Source: Nitrosopumilus sp. | GTDB lineage: Archaea; Thermoproteota; Nitrososphaeria; Nitrososphaerales; Nitrosopumilaceae | NCBI GenBank assembly: GCA_965204345.1 | Contig: OZ241981.1 | Coordinates: forward strand, 480,001-544,000 | Length of the DNA stretch: 64,000 nt | Direction: 5' to 3' | Part shown: piece after piece, positions 1 through 9,421 of the stretch | Position numbering within the stretch: the stretch's first letter is position 1 | Layout of the letters: every line of letters starts with the position of its first letter | Made by a program: the position numbers and the translations under genes | The notes under the pieces: model-generated | What the model saw: the letters and a program-made list of their open reading frames with translations, nothing else | Told to the model about the DNA's origin: nothing | Database searches by the model: none

Positions 1-3000
1 ACTACAATGTCATCTGCGATAAATTCTGTGACATCCTCGCTAAAGGTTGCAGTAAAGTCAATGGTCTCAGAGTTGGTAGGATCAGCAACAGTTGTGTCCA
101 GAGATACTGTTGGGATATTAGTGTCTACGGTGACAGTAGCCGGGACAGATGCGATGTTGGAATTGCCTGCAAGGTCTGCTGCCACATTTGCTGCAATGAA
201 TACAATTACTGTTCCGTCTGAAGATATGCCTGCGACACTAAAGGTGTATGTGCGGGCATCAACAGTTACAAAGTTGGATGCTGTGAGAGTGCCGCCATTG
301 GCTGTGCCCGATAATGTAATGTCACCTAAGATAAACTCCCTAACGTCTTCGCTAAATTCTACTGTAAATGGTACCGTATCAAGTCCGGTGCTACTGCCAG
401 CAGATGAACTGACAGAGACAGTTGGGGCAAAGGTGTCTATGATAACGGTAACTGGAGCGGATACGGTGTTGGAGTTGCCTGCTGAGTCTGCTGCTACATC
501 TGCTGCTATTGATGCAGTTACGGTTCCGTCTGTGGTGCCGCGGGCAACATCAAATGTGTATGTGCGGGCATCAACAGTTACAAAGTTGGATGCTGCAGGA
601 CTGCCGCCGTTTGCAGTACCAGTTACTGTAATGTCACCTAGCTCAAAGTTTCTAACAGCCTCGCTAAAGGTTGCAGTAAACGTTACTGGGTCATCGCTGG
701 TGATGGTGCCATCGGCAGGTGTGATGGTTACAGTTGGAACAAGAGTGTCTATGGTAACGGTAACTGGAGCGGATGCGGTGTTGGAATTGCCTGCTGAGTC
801 TGCTGCTACATCTGCTGCTATTGATGCAGTTACGGTTCCGTCTGTGGTGCCGCGGGCAACATCAAAGGTGTATGTGCTGGCATCAACAGTTACAAAGTTG
901 GATGCTGTTGGAGTGCCGCCGTTTGCAGTACCAGTTACTGTAATGTCACCTAGCTCAAAGTTTCTAACATCCTTGCTGAATGTTGCAGTAAACGTTACTG
1001 GGTCATCGCTGGTGATGGTGCCATCGGCAGGTGTGATGGTTACAGTTGGAACAAGAGTGTCTATTGTGACGGTAACTGGGGCAGATGCGGTGTTGGGGTT
1101 GTCTGCTGAGTCTGCTGCTACATCTGCTGCTATTGATGCAGTTACGGTTCCGTCTGTGGTGCCGCGGGCAACATCAAATGTGTATGTGCTGGCATCAACT
1201 GTCACAAAGTTGGATGCTGCTGGAGTGCCGCCGTTTGCAGTACCAGTTACTGTAATGTCACCTAGCTCAAAGTTTCTAACATCCTTGCTGAATGTTGCAG
1301 TAAACGTTACTGGGTCATCGCTGGTGATGGTGCCATCGGCAGGTGTGATGGTTACAGTTGGAACAAGAGTGTTTATTGTGACGGTAACTGGGGCAGATGC
1401 GGTGTTGGGGTTGTCTGCAAGGTCTGCTGTTACATTTGCATCTATTAATACGGCCACGGTTCCGTCTGTGGTGCCTCGAGCAACGTCAAAGGTGTATGTG
1501 CGGGCATCAACTGTCTGCAAGTTGGATGCCACAGGACTGCCGCCGTTGGCAGTGCCAGTTACCGTAATGTCATTTAGCTCAAAGTTCCTAACGTCCTTGT
1601 TGAATGTTGCCGTAAATGGTATCGTATCAGAATTAGTGCTGTCGCCTATATCTGTATCTACAGAGACTGTCAGGGGAGCAGTATCTATTGTGACAGTAAC
1701 TGTATTAGACGCAGTACTGAAGAACTCATCGGTATCATCAATAGCTGCCTGATCCTTTACAAATACTGTTATTGTTCCATCAGAGGAGCCGCGAGCAACG
1801 TCAAAGGTGTATACGCGTTCATTGACTATAGTGTTAATGCTGGGTGCTTCAGGATTGCCGCCGTTGGCAGTACCTGATACGTCAAGATCAAGGGGATGGA
1901 ACCCAAAGGCATTCTTGTTGAATGTTACTGTAAACTGTACAACCTCAAGGTTGGTGAAATCATCAGCGGTTGTGATAATTGGGATCGGGCGTTGACCAGG
2001 CGATGTGTCTATGGTAATGGTAACTGGACGGGATGCGGTATTGGAGTTGTTTGCAAGGTCTTCTGCTACGTCTGCATTTATGGACACAATTACAGTTCCG
2101 TCTGTGGTGCCGCGAGCAACATCAAAGGTGTATGTGCGGGCATTAACTGTCACAAAGCTGGCTGCTGCCAGAGTGCCGCCGTTTGCAGTACCAGTTACTG
2201 TGATGTCAGCTAGCTCAAAGTTCCTAACATCCTCATCAAATGTTACTGTAAATGGTACCGTGCTAAGGCTGCTAAAACGGCCTTCAGATGAACTGACAGA
2301 TACTGTTGGAGCACTAGTATCCATTGTGGTAGTAACTGGAGCAGATGCCACATTGAGATTACCTGCAAGGTCTGCTGCCAAATCTTCATCTATTGATGCA
2401 GTTACTGTTCCGTCTGATGAGCCGCGCAGAACATCAAAGGTGTAGACACTGCCTTCTCCACGAAGATTGGATGCCACAGGACTGTCACTGTTTGCAGTGC
2501 CATTTACTGTAATGTCACCTAGCTCAAAGTTCTGGACATCCTCGCTAAATGTTGCCGTAAATGTTATTGTATTAGAATTGGTAATGTTGGGGGCACTCAA
2601 TGCTACTGTTGGTCTCTGAGTATCAATCTCAACTGTAATCTCGTTTGATGCAGTAACCTCAACACCACCGCTGGTTACAGTTCCTGCAGCTATGGATACG
2701 GTTACGGTTCCGTCTGTGGTGCCGCGAACAACATCAAAGGTGTATTCGGTGCCAGATCCTACAAGGTTGGATGTTACGGGACTGCCGCCGTTGGCAGTAC
2801 CAGTTACTGTAATGTCAGCTAGCTCAAAGTCCTCAACGTCCCCGCTAAATGTTGCCGTAAATGGTATTGTGTCAAGGTTGTTGATTGGGTTGGCAGTTGT
2901 GCTCAAAAGTACAGTTGGGACAGGTTCAGAGGCAGTGAATGAGCCAAATGAGCTAAAGTGTGTGGTCCAGATTATCATATCAGAGCCTGCACGAGTAAAA

Positions 3001-4331
3001 CAAGATTCCAACGCAGTGCCAGCTTCAAGATTAGCATTGGCAGTAGCCTGATTGACAGGAACAAATGAGCACTCAGCTAGTGGTTGTGATACTGCATTGC
3101 CATCGGCATCTTCTCCTGAGAAAAATGCACCATCCTGCTCTGCCTGTCCAGGCAAGAGTAGTCGGACTGCCTGATCAAATGTCAATCTATTGTTACCATC
3201 ACCGACTGAGAATACAAGTCCCACAACATCATTTGAAGCTGGGGGAGCAGCAGTAGAGACAGATGGAACCGTTATGGTGCCTGCCCAGTCATCAGATGAG
3301 CCGCTTACCACTATGCCGTCAGGATAACTAACAGATACTGTTGCAGAAGAGACATCAGAAGTAACCTCTACAGCAGAATCAGAGACTCTCACGCTCTTGA
3401 CTCCGTCCTGATCATCAAACGTTGGGGCAGTGGTAAAGTCAAGCAGCTGGCCATCACTGGCAGTAATGGTGTCAGGCAGTGTGTCAAATATTACATTGAG
3501 TGTACTCAGATCAGAGGATGGTGCAAATGCTACTATGCCAGTAGCATCATCATCACCGTCGCTTCCGATTGGAACATTGGCCTCAATGACAGTTCCAGTA
3601 ATTACATTGGTAAAGGTAGATGGCACTGATGAGAAAAAATCAGCAGAGGTTGCAGACGGCAAGACATCAATTCTAACAGTGTTCTCCCCTTCTTTTAATA
3701 ATCCAGAATTGACTTGAATATCATAGCTTGCTTTTGTGTCTGCACCCAGTGGGTTAGATGATAGTCCACGCCCGTAAGAGCCATCGCCTAAGACGCCAGT
3801 GCCAAACTCATTTGCAAAGTTACCATAGCCAAAACCGCCAAAGTTACCATAGCCAAAGTCGCCAGGACTGCCATCTAAGGCATTGGCACTAATGCCATCA
3901 AAGTTTAATGCCACAATCTTACCCTCAACGTCTGCTGTTTGTCCAAAGTTTGCAGCAATGGTGTTTGAGAGACGGTTGCCAGACAAATCAAAGAATGCAA
4001 CGACCTCATCAGAGTCACCGGGGTTGAGAACCACTCTGAGAACAGAGACATCAGCAAGTAGTGTCTCTGAATTAAATGAGGAACCATCATCGGCTGTAAA
4101 GCTTATTCCGTTTTCAGCAGGATTTCTGACGACAAGTTCCATGGACAGCATGTCATCAACATCAGCAAGCACGCCGCCGGTAAAATCAACAAAGGTTTCA
4201 GTATCATCCAAAGATATGGTCACAGCATCAATTCCAGGATATGGCGAGAAAAGCACGGCAAATAGGGCTATTGCCACTACTAGTGCCCCAAGCTCTCGTT
4301 TAGACTTTAATTTAGCTATAATACTTACCAT
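1..4331 (-). CDS. Giant secreted/surface protein with tandem bacterial Ig-like (Big_12-like) repeats; partial, runs off the window start
   Basis: Not in the ORF track because no stop lies in the window. ATG at 4331 (MVSIIAKLKSKRELGALVVAIALFAVLFSP, signal-peptide-like). Same frame at the window start (ATFSEDVTEFIADDIV), an Ig-like 'TFSE.V..F...DI' motif. The + strand ORFs here all share one frame, as expected of antisense shadows. Confidence 0.85.
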   Translation of the reverse strand, partial: MVSIIAKLKSKRELGALVVAIALFAVLFSPYPGIDAVTISLDDTETFVDFTGGVLADVDDMLSMELVVRNPAENGISFTADDGSSFNSETLLADVSVLRVVLNPGDSDEVVAFFDLSGNRLSNTIAANFGQTADVEGKIVALNFDGISANALDGSPGDFGYGNFGGFGYGNFANEFGTGVLGDGSYGRGLSSNPLGADTKASYDIQVNSGLLKEGENTVRIDVLPSATSADFFSSVPSTFTNVITGTVIEANVPIGSDGDDDATGIVAFAPSSDLSTLNVIFDTLPDTITASDGQLLDFTTAPTFDDQDGVKSVRVSDSAVEVTSDVSSATVSVSYPDGIVVSGSSDDWAGTITVPSVSTAAPPASNDVVGLVFSVGDGNNRLTFDQAVRLLLPGQAEQDGAFFSGEDADGNAVSQPLAECSFVPVNQATANANLEAGTALESCFTRAGSDMIIWTTHFSSFGSFTASEPVPTVLLSTTANPINNLDTIPFTATFSGDVEDFELADITVTGTANGGSPVTSNLVGSGTEYTFDVVRGTTDGTVTVSIAAGTVTSGGVEVTASNEITVEIDTQRPTVALSAPNITNSNTITFTATFSEDVQNFELGDITVNGTANSDSPVASNLRGEGSVYTFDVLRGSSDGTVTASIDEDLAADLAGNLNVASAPVTTTMDTSAPTVSVSSSEGRFSSLSTVPFTVTFDEDVRNFELADITVTGTANGGTLAAASFVTVNARTYTFDVARGTTDGTVIVSINADVAEDLANNSNTASRPVTITIDTSPGQRPIPIITTADDFTNLEVVQFTVTFNKNAFGFHPLDLDVSGTANGGNPEAPSINTIVNERVYTFDVARGSSDGTITVFVKDQAAIDDTDEFFSTASNTVTVTIDTAPLTVSVDTDIGDSTNSDTIPFTATFNKDVRNFELNDITVTGTANGGSPVASNLQTVDARTYTFDVARGTTDGTVAVLIDANVTADLADNPNTASAPVTVTINTLVPTVTITPADGTITSDDPVTFTATFSKDVRNFELGDITVTGTANGGTPAASNFVTVDASTYTFDVARGTTDGTVTASIAADVAADSADNPNTASAPVTVTIDTLVPTVTITPADGTITSDDPVTFTATFSKDVRNFELGDITVTGTANGGTPTASNFVTVDASTYTFDVARGTTDGTVTASIAADVAADSAGNSNTASAPVTVTIDTLVPTVTITPADGTITSDDPVTFTATFSEAVRNFELGDITVTGTANGGSPAASNFVTVDARTYTFDVARGTTDGTVTASIAADVAADSAGNSNTVSAPVTVIIDTFAPTVSVSSSAGSSTGLDTVPFTVEFSEDVREFILGDITLSGTANGGTLTASNFVTVDARTYTFSVAGISSDGTVIVFIAANVAADLAGNSNIASVPATVTVDTNIPTVSLDTTVADPTNSETIDFTATFSEDVTEFIADDIV
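448..1660. repeat. Near-identical 312-bp (104-aa) tandem domain repeats within the surface protein gene
   Basis: Unit start gtaactgg recurs at 448, 760, 1072 and 1384. More diverged units continue to about 2900. Confidence 0.9.
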
Positions 4332-4389
4332 ATTTCTAATCCTTTAAAATTAGAGTTAATAAAAATAACTAATACATCTGAATAATTTT

Positions 4390-4455
4390 TAAGAAAATGA
4401 TCTCTGATAGTTTGCAGTTAAATTCCAGCGATCAGATCATCAAAATTTACAGAAC
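4390..4455. mobile_element. Partial copy of the dispersed MITE-like element
   Basis: taagaaaatgatctctgatagtttgcagttaaattccagcgatcagatcatcaaaatttac aligns with 22148-22212. Confidence 0.7.
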
Positions 4456-4670
4456 TATCCGTTGCATTACCGTGTTTGCCTTAAAATCATCAGGATTTGC
4501 TTTGATGTGGCTGTTTTCTCCAGTCCCTGATCAGACCAGAGAGATAATCTCATCACGCCAAATAAACATCAGTTTGAAAATTAGAAAACACCCCAAGATT
4601 CAACAATGTTCCAAACTTGTCGCTCATGCCTGTCCCTTATGAAGGCAGCAGAACCGAATTTTAGGCACAT

Positions 4671-5318
4671 CTACCATACAACATGCACAAGATCTTTGAG
4701 ATTTCTTCGGGGTTTAGGGAATTTGGTCTGTTTGGGATACCCTATACAAAGTACAGATGAGGGAACAAGGTCAGTTTCAATTGCATCCATGACTTTTTGC
4801 TCATCAAACATTCCAATCCAAATCGAACTTAACCCCAAGGCCTGAGCTGCAAGTTGAGAGTATCCGGCAGCAAGGGTGGCATCCTGAATAGCAAATTTTT
4901 TTAAAACATACTCAGGAAAATCAAATTTTACCCTGGAGGGATTTTTACAAAATACCAATACGACTGGGGCATCAACGTACGGCTGATTATTGCATGCCTG
5001 AACAAGGAGCTTCTTTTTTTGGGGACTCTTAATGTAGAAAATTTCAAACCCCTGGTAATTTCCGGCAGTCGGGGCAGTGTCAGCTGCTGCAATAATCTTA
5101 TCAATCTTTATGGTTTCAACTGGCTTATCCAAAAATTTCCGAGTTGAGCGTCTCTTTGCCATAACAGCAAACAAATCAGTATCGACAACCTCAGTGGGCC
5201 CGGACTTTAGAATGAAATCAAGCAGGCTGTTTCTCACATCATTATCAGCAACGTTTGGAGCTTCTTGTGGCTCATATCCCAAGGGATAGATTTTCTCACC
5301 ATCCTTTTGAGAATCCAT
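4671..5318 (-). CDS. Nitroreductase family protein
   Basis: RRSTRKF, APTAGNYQ, LGLSSIWIG and CIGYP motifs. Confidence 0.9.
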   Translation of the reverse strand: MDSQKDGEKIYPLGYEPQEAPNVADNDVRNSLLDFILKSGPTEVVDTDLFAVMAKRRSTRKFLDKPVETIKIDKIIAAADTAPTAGNYQGFEIFYIKSPQKKKLLVQACNNQPYVDAPVVLVFCKNPSRVKFDFPEYVLKKFAIQDATLAAGYSQLAAQALGLSSIWIGMFDEQKVMDAIETDLVPSSVLCIGYPKQTKFPKPRRNLKDLVHVVW

Positions 5319-5386
5319 AAAAACATTAGAAAAAATACACTATTAAAGAATTAGAAAATTCCCAGTGATGACAACAGCAGCAACAG

Positions 5387-5572
5387 TCACTCTGCCTCAA
5401 ACATATCGCAGCCAAAAGTGCACGGCTTATTCATCACTCCCTCACATGCACCCAAGTCATCATGCATGATTCTATGGTGACCACAGGTCTTACATTTTTC
5501 CCGAAAATGGGAAATCAGCTCAGCAGTAGAGATGCCAGATTCCCGGATTTTCAATAGAGTTTCTTCGGCCAT
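5387..5572 (-). CDS. Small Cys/His-rich hypothetical protein
   Basis: CKTCGHH...H...C...C...CD pattern. Confidence 0.6.
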   Translation of the reverse strand: MAEETLLKIRESGISTAELISHFREKCKTCGHHRIMHDDLGACEGVMNKPCTFGCDMFEAE

Positions 5573-5674
5573 AATGGGATTGGATAATCAAGTTAGTTTA
5601 AACATTTTGAACAAATATCTAATAGGAGACAAAAGGAAGAAAGACTCGTGAGCATCATAAAATATATCAACAAA

Positions 5675-5788
5675 ATGAGTCATCGCAAATTCTACTTGAT
5701 ATTTGGAACATCCAGCATAGTTGCGTTTTATTTGCTTTTTACAAACTGTTATCAATTGTACGGGGAGCACTGTTTTTACGTTCCATAA
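5675..5788 (+). CDS. Putative 37-aa membrane peptide
   Basis: Read by eye: MSHRKFYLIFGTSSIVAFYLLFTNCYQLYGEHCFYVP*, one hydrophobic helix. Confidence 0.4.
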   Translation: MSHRKFYLIFGTSSIVAFYLLFTNCYQLYGEHCFYVP

Positions 5789-5796
5789 AATGCAAA

Positions 5797-5903
5797 GCAA
5801 CAAATGCCAACTTGCTAGAAAAATTATCAAACTCAGATTGCCTTGAGCGTTTACACCAGTTGCCTTTGCACCAAATGCTAATTTACTAGAAAAATTATCA
5901 GAC
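5797..5903. repeat. Degenerate 36-bp direct repeat pair around a 35-bp insert (period 71)
   Basis: gcaacaaatgccaacttgctagaaaaattatcaaac (5797-5832) vs gcaccaaatgctaatttactagaaaaattatcagac (5868-5903), 5 mismatches. Confidence 0.8.
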
Positions 5904-5904
5904 A

Positions 5905-6096
5905 GTGTTGATTAAGCCAGATAAAGAATCAGACAGATATCAAACAGTAATAGTTGAGTCAAAAGTCAGGGAGGGGATATTTCACAAAGTCATCAAGGAC
6001 TTGGAAAGTGGAAAGGCCGTCTCATGTTCTTGCAAGTGCTGGAGTAAGGGAAACAAGCCCTGTGTGGCCATGAGAACTATTGGTTATAAAGAGTGA
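5905..6096 (+). CDS. Small SWIM-like zinc-finger protein
   Basis: SCSCKCWSKGNKPC motif after a beta-strand-like N-terminus. Confidence 0.5.
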   Translation: MLIKPDKESDRYQTVIVESKVREGIFHKVIKDLESGKAVSCSCKCWSKGNKPCVAMRTIGYKE

Positions 6097-6116
6097 GAAA
6101 TGTCAGGTTGTGTGCC

Positions 6117-6272
6117 ATGAAAGGAGATTCACATGCTCAATGTCAGGACTGTGGGGGGCAATGCACATATTCAAAACATCGCATGCAAACTCATGCAGAA
6201 TATCTGAAAAGACACAGGTGTCCAAAGTGCGGGAATTTTGCGCTGAAAACTAGGAGTTTGGGGACGGCTTGA
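6117..6272 (+). CDS. 51-aa zinc-ribbon protein
   Basis: Read by eye: MKGDSHAQCQDCGGQCTYSKHRMQTHAEYLKRHRCPKCGNFALKTRSLGTA*, two CxxC pairs. Confidence 0.6.
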   Translation: MKGDSHAQCQDCGGQCTYSKHRMQTHAEYLKRHRCPKCGNFALKTRSLGTA

Positions 6273-6373
6273 TTGCAAGTGAAACTGTTATCTGATTTTG
6301 AGTTGAGGACCAGCCATATTTTGAGGCACTAGTCAGAGCTTGATTGCAAGTGAAACTGTCATCTGATTTTGAG
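6267..6373. repeat. 36-bp direct repeat pair around a 35-bp insert (period 71)
   Basis: gcttgattgcaagtgaaactgt(t/c)atctgattttgag at 6267-6302 and 6338-6373, 1 mismatch. Confidence 0.95.
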
Positions 6374-6376
6374 GGC

Positions 6377-6486
6377 TCTTGTGTCAATAAAGGCGCCGAG
6401 AGAGGGATTCGAACTATTGTTTCTAATCTGAACTTTAGGTTATTATGATCTTGTGTCAATAAAGGCGCCGAGAGAGGGATTCGAAC
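6377..6486. repeat. 38-bp perfect direct repeat (tRNA-Ser 3' end plus trailer) around a 34-bp insert (period 72)
   Basis: tcttgtgtcaataaaggcgccgagagagggattcgaac at 6377-6414 and 6449-6486. Confidence 0.95.
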
Positions 6487-6547
6487 CCCCGCACGCTTGC
6501 GCGTAGCCGTTTTCGAGACGGCCGCCGTACTACTTGGCTATCTCGGC
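6466..6547 (-). tRNA. tRNA-Ser(CGA)
   Basis: Reverse complement has acceptor stem GCCGAGA/TCTCGGC, discriminator G, anticodon arm GCCGT-CTCGAAA-ACGGC, a long variable arm and a GTTCGAATC T-loop. Confidence 0.95.
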
Positions 6548-6596
6548 ACCTATTATGGGATTGTCTCCATAATAAAACGAATAGATGAGTTTAGGC

Positions 6597-6902
6597 CTAA
6601 TCAATGTCAAATAATTCGTCTCTGAATTTCTTTTTGATTTGATCCCGTGTTCTAACCCACTCTTCGTCAGTTACAGTGTCTGTAAAAATGGAATGAAACC
6701 CGTCAAATTTCGGATTATTCAGTATTGCAATGATTTCCCGTCTTTCAAATTGTGTAAAAGGAAAATAAGAGACAATGGCTGAAACAGAATCATCGGATTG
6801 ACGGATTTCAAATATTTTATCTTGTAAATTGGGCGGAAATCTTTGTTGGGACACTTGATTTTGAATTTGCTTGCATAGTAAATATGATTTTAAAGACAGC
6901 AA
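6597..6902 (-). CDS. Hypothetical protein
   Basis: 101-aa ORF with normal composition between the tRNA and fen1. Confidence 0.6.
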   Translation of the reverse strand: MLSLKSYLLCKQIQNQVSQQRFPPNLQDKIFEIRQSDDSVSAIVSYFPFTQFERREIIAILNNPKFDGFHSIFTDTVTDEEWVRTRDQIKKKFRDELFDID

Positions 6903-6942
6903 ATAAGATACCGATCAGTTCCAAAGGATAAACACAAAATAG

Positions 6943-7983
6943 ATGAAAAATCCATGGGATCTCATGGGATTAAATCTCAAAGACCTAGTCACAAGAGAAA
7001 AGACAACGCTGGATGCATTTTCAAACAAAATCATAGCCATAGATGCATACAATGCAATTTACCAGTTTTTAGCAAGCATCAGAGGTCCGGATGGCCTGCA
7101 GCTTACAGATGCAGAGGGAAGAATAACCAGCCACCTCAGCGGATTGTTTTATAGAAATGTGAACTTTCTCTCGCTGGGAATCAAGCCGGTTTATGTTTTT
7201 GACGGCAAGCCGCCATCACTTAAAACGGCAGAAATTGAACGAAGAAAACAGATCAAAAGAGATGCCACTGTAAAATATGAAAAGGCAGTTGCAGAAGGCA
7301 ACATGGAGGATGCAAGAAAATATGCACAGCAGACAACCAGCATGAGGGACGGGATGGTAAAAGAGTCAAAGCAGTTTCTCACGTATTTTGGAATTCCATA
7401 TATTGATGCGCCCTCAGAAGGAGAGGCAACTGCAGCACACCTAACAAATACGGGACAGGCATATGCATCTGCAAGCCAGGACTATGACTCTATTTTATGC
7501 GGAACCAAAAGGCTGGTCAGGAATTTTACAAGCAGCGGAAGAAGAAAAATTCCAAACAGAAATACATACATCGACGTGGTGCCAGAAATCATCAAAACTC
7601 AGAAAACTTTGGATGCAATTGAAATGACAAGGGAAGAATTAATTGACGTGGGAATTTTAATTGGAACAGACTTTAATCCAAATGGTTTTGAGAGAATTGG
7701 GCCAAAGACTGCAATAAAACTAATCAGGCAGCATTCAAGACTGGAGGATATTCCACAAATTCAAGAACAGCTAGAAGAAATAGACTTTGAGCAAATAAGA
7801 AAAATATTCCTAGACCCGGATGTGGCAGACGTGGATGAAATCGTGTTTGGAGAAGCAGACGACATAGGAATTACAAAATATCTAAAGGAAAGAAGTTTTT
7901 CAGAAGAGAGAATTCAGTCTACACTAAACAGATTGAAAAAGGCACTGGAAAAAAAGAGTCAGAATCTAGACCAGTGGTTTTAG
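6943..7983 (+). CDS. fen: Flap endonuclease 1 (likely start at 6964)
   Basis: [33 protein letters not shown] and GTDFNP motifs; C-terminal PIP box QNLDQWF. Confidence 0.97.
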   Translation: MKNPWDLMGLNLKDLVTREKTTLDAFSNKIIAIDAYNAIYQFLASIRGPDGLQLTDAEGRITSHLSGLFYRNVNFLSLGIKPVYVFDGKPPSLKTAEIERRKQIKRDATVKYEKAVAEGNMEDARKYAQQTTSMRDGMVKESKQFLTYFGIPYIDAPSEGEATAAHLTNTGQAYASASQDYDSILCGTKRLVRNFTSSGRRKIPNRNTYIDVVPEIIKTQKTLDAIEMTREELIDVGILIGTDFNPNGFERIGPKTAIKLIRQHSRLEDIPQIQEQLEEIDFEQIRKIFLDPDVADVDEIVFGEADDIGITKYLKERSFSEERIQSTLNRLKKALEKKSQNLDQWF

Positions 7984-8433
7984 ATTACAAATTCATCCCA
8001 TCATACTTTAAAAAAAACAAAAGAGGTCATAGAGCTATCCATTGCACGATATGCATCAAAAAAATCCTTCAGAATTTGTGCCCAAATTATGTTTGATAAT
8101 CTTACAGCAGCTATTGTAATAGCACTTGCAGCAATGCATGTTGAATTTTTTGTACTAATAATAAAACTCGGGGATTATCAAAATAAAGTCATGGGGCATA
8201 AGTCCCTGTTTTGAGAATTGCCAATCTGATTTTCTTGTTCCAATCAAGAATCTGATTGGAATAGTCATCAATATCATCATTCTGTATTGTTTGTTTAGAC
8301 CTCATCCTCATCTCAAAGAATACTTTGGCAAAGATTACACATGACATGATTAAAAATATCTTAAAAAACCAACTAGTTTCATCTGGTTTCAAGCGTATAA
8401 GCATTTTTATATTTAAAATTTGGAAATTAAATA

Positions 8434-9105
8434 ATGGAATATGAGATTGTGAAAAATCCCATGGGACTAATTGAATTTACACTAAACAGGGATGAAAAAA
8501 TTACAGCAGAGGCCGCTGCCATGGTTTTCATTAAGGGTAACATTAGAACTGAAACTAGAATGAGAAAGGGCGGATTTTTAAAATCACTCAAGGCCGCGGC
8601 GTTTGGGGGGGAATCATTTTTTGTAAACGAGTTCACAGCAGATGAGAATGATTGTAAGCTCGGACTGACAGGAAATATGCTAGGAGATATTGAGGTACTA
8701 GATGTTAATGAGGAGTTTATAGTTCAATCAGGTGCATTTGTAGGCTCTACTACAGATTTAACACTAGATACCAAATGGCAGGGATTCACCAAAGGGATCT
8801 TCGGCAGCAACCTATTCATGCTAAAAACAGTCGGAACCGGAAAAATGTTTGTTAATGCATGGGGAGGAATTGTTAAGAAAAAGCTAGAATCAGGAGAAAG
8901 GATGATTCTTGACAACTATCAACTAGTTGCACTAAGTTCCACGGCAGATTACAGAGTAACAAAGCATGGCAGCCTTAAAACAACACTGTTTGGGGGAGAA
9001 GCCCTAGTCATAGAGATAATTGGCCCGGGAACAGTATACATACAGACAAAGAACATTATGGAATTTGCCAGGGCACTAATTCCATTTCTCCCAAGACGGA
9101 ATTAA
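8434..9105 (+). CDS. AIM24/TIGR00266 family protein
   Basis: GGESFFVNEF, GGEALV and GPGTVYIQT motifs. Confidence 0.85.
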   Translation: MEYEIVKNPMGLIEFTLNRDEKITAEAAAMVFIKGNIRTETRMRKGGFLKSLKAAAFGGESFFVNEFTADENDCKLGLTGNMLGDIEVLDVNEEFIVQSGAFVGSTTDLTLDTKWQGFTKGIFGSNLFMLKTVGTGKMFVNAWGGIVKKKLESGERMILDNYQLVALSSTADYRVTKHGSLKTTLFGGEALVIEIIGPGTVYIQTKNIMEFARALIPFLPRRN

Positions 9106-9421
9106 TAAAATCAAAAATAAGGAAATTGTTAAAGCATCAGCAATGCCATCCTAGAAAAATATTTGTCATGAGAGCATGTTTTCATAGGAAATTACATCTT
9201 GAGATTGAATTTAAAAAAAAATATACATAATGCAATTTGTTAAATACGGGAAACCCTCGTAAAAAAACAAAAGGAATAAAGATGAACAAAGATGATTACT
9301 TAAATCCAGCAGGCCAGAATTGTAACAGACACTTTTTAAAAACAAGAAATGAGAGAGGGGACATTCCTTTACAACCCTAAAGGTAATCTATATTGCATTA
9401 AGAATTTTTCCAATACTTTTT

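Noticed and set aside
7-4347. Long + strand ORFs rich in Val/Ser/Thr
   Set aside because: Antisense shadows of the minus-strand surface protein; all fall in one frame with no recognisable motifs.
6415-6448. 34-bp insert as a Xer/dif site
   Set aside because: Only a weak palindrome (taatctgaa/tttaggtta) without the two-arm plus 6-bp core layout.
6267-6486. Calling a canonical CRISPR array
   Set aside because: Each repeat occurs only twice, the pairs differ in sequence, and no leader or cas gene is visible. Reported as scars instead.
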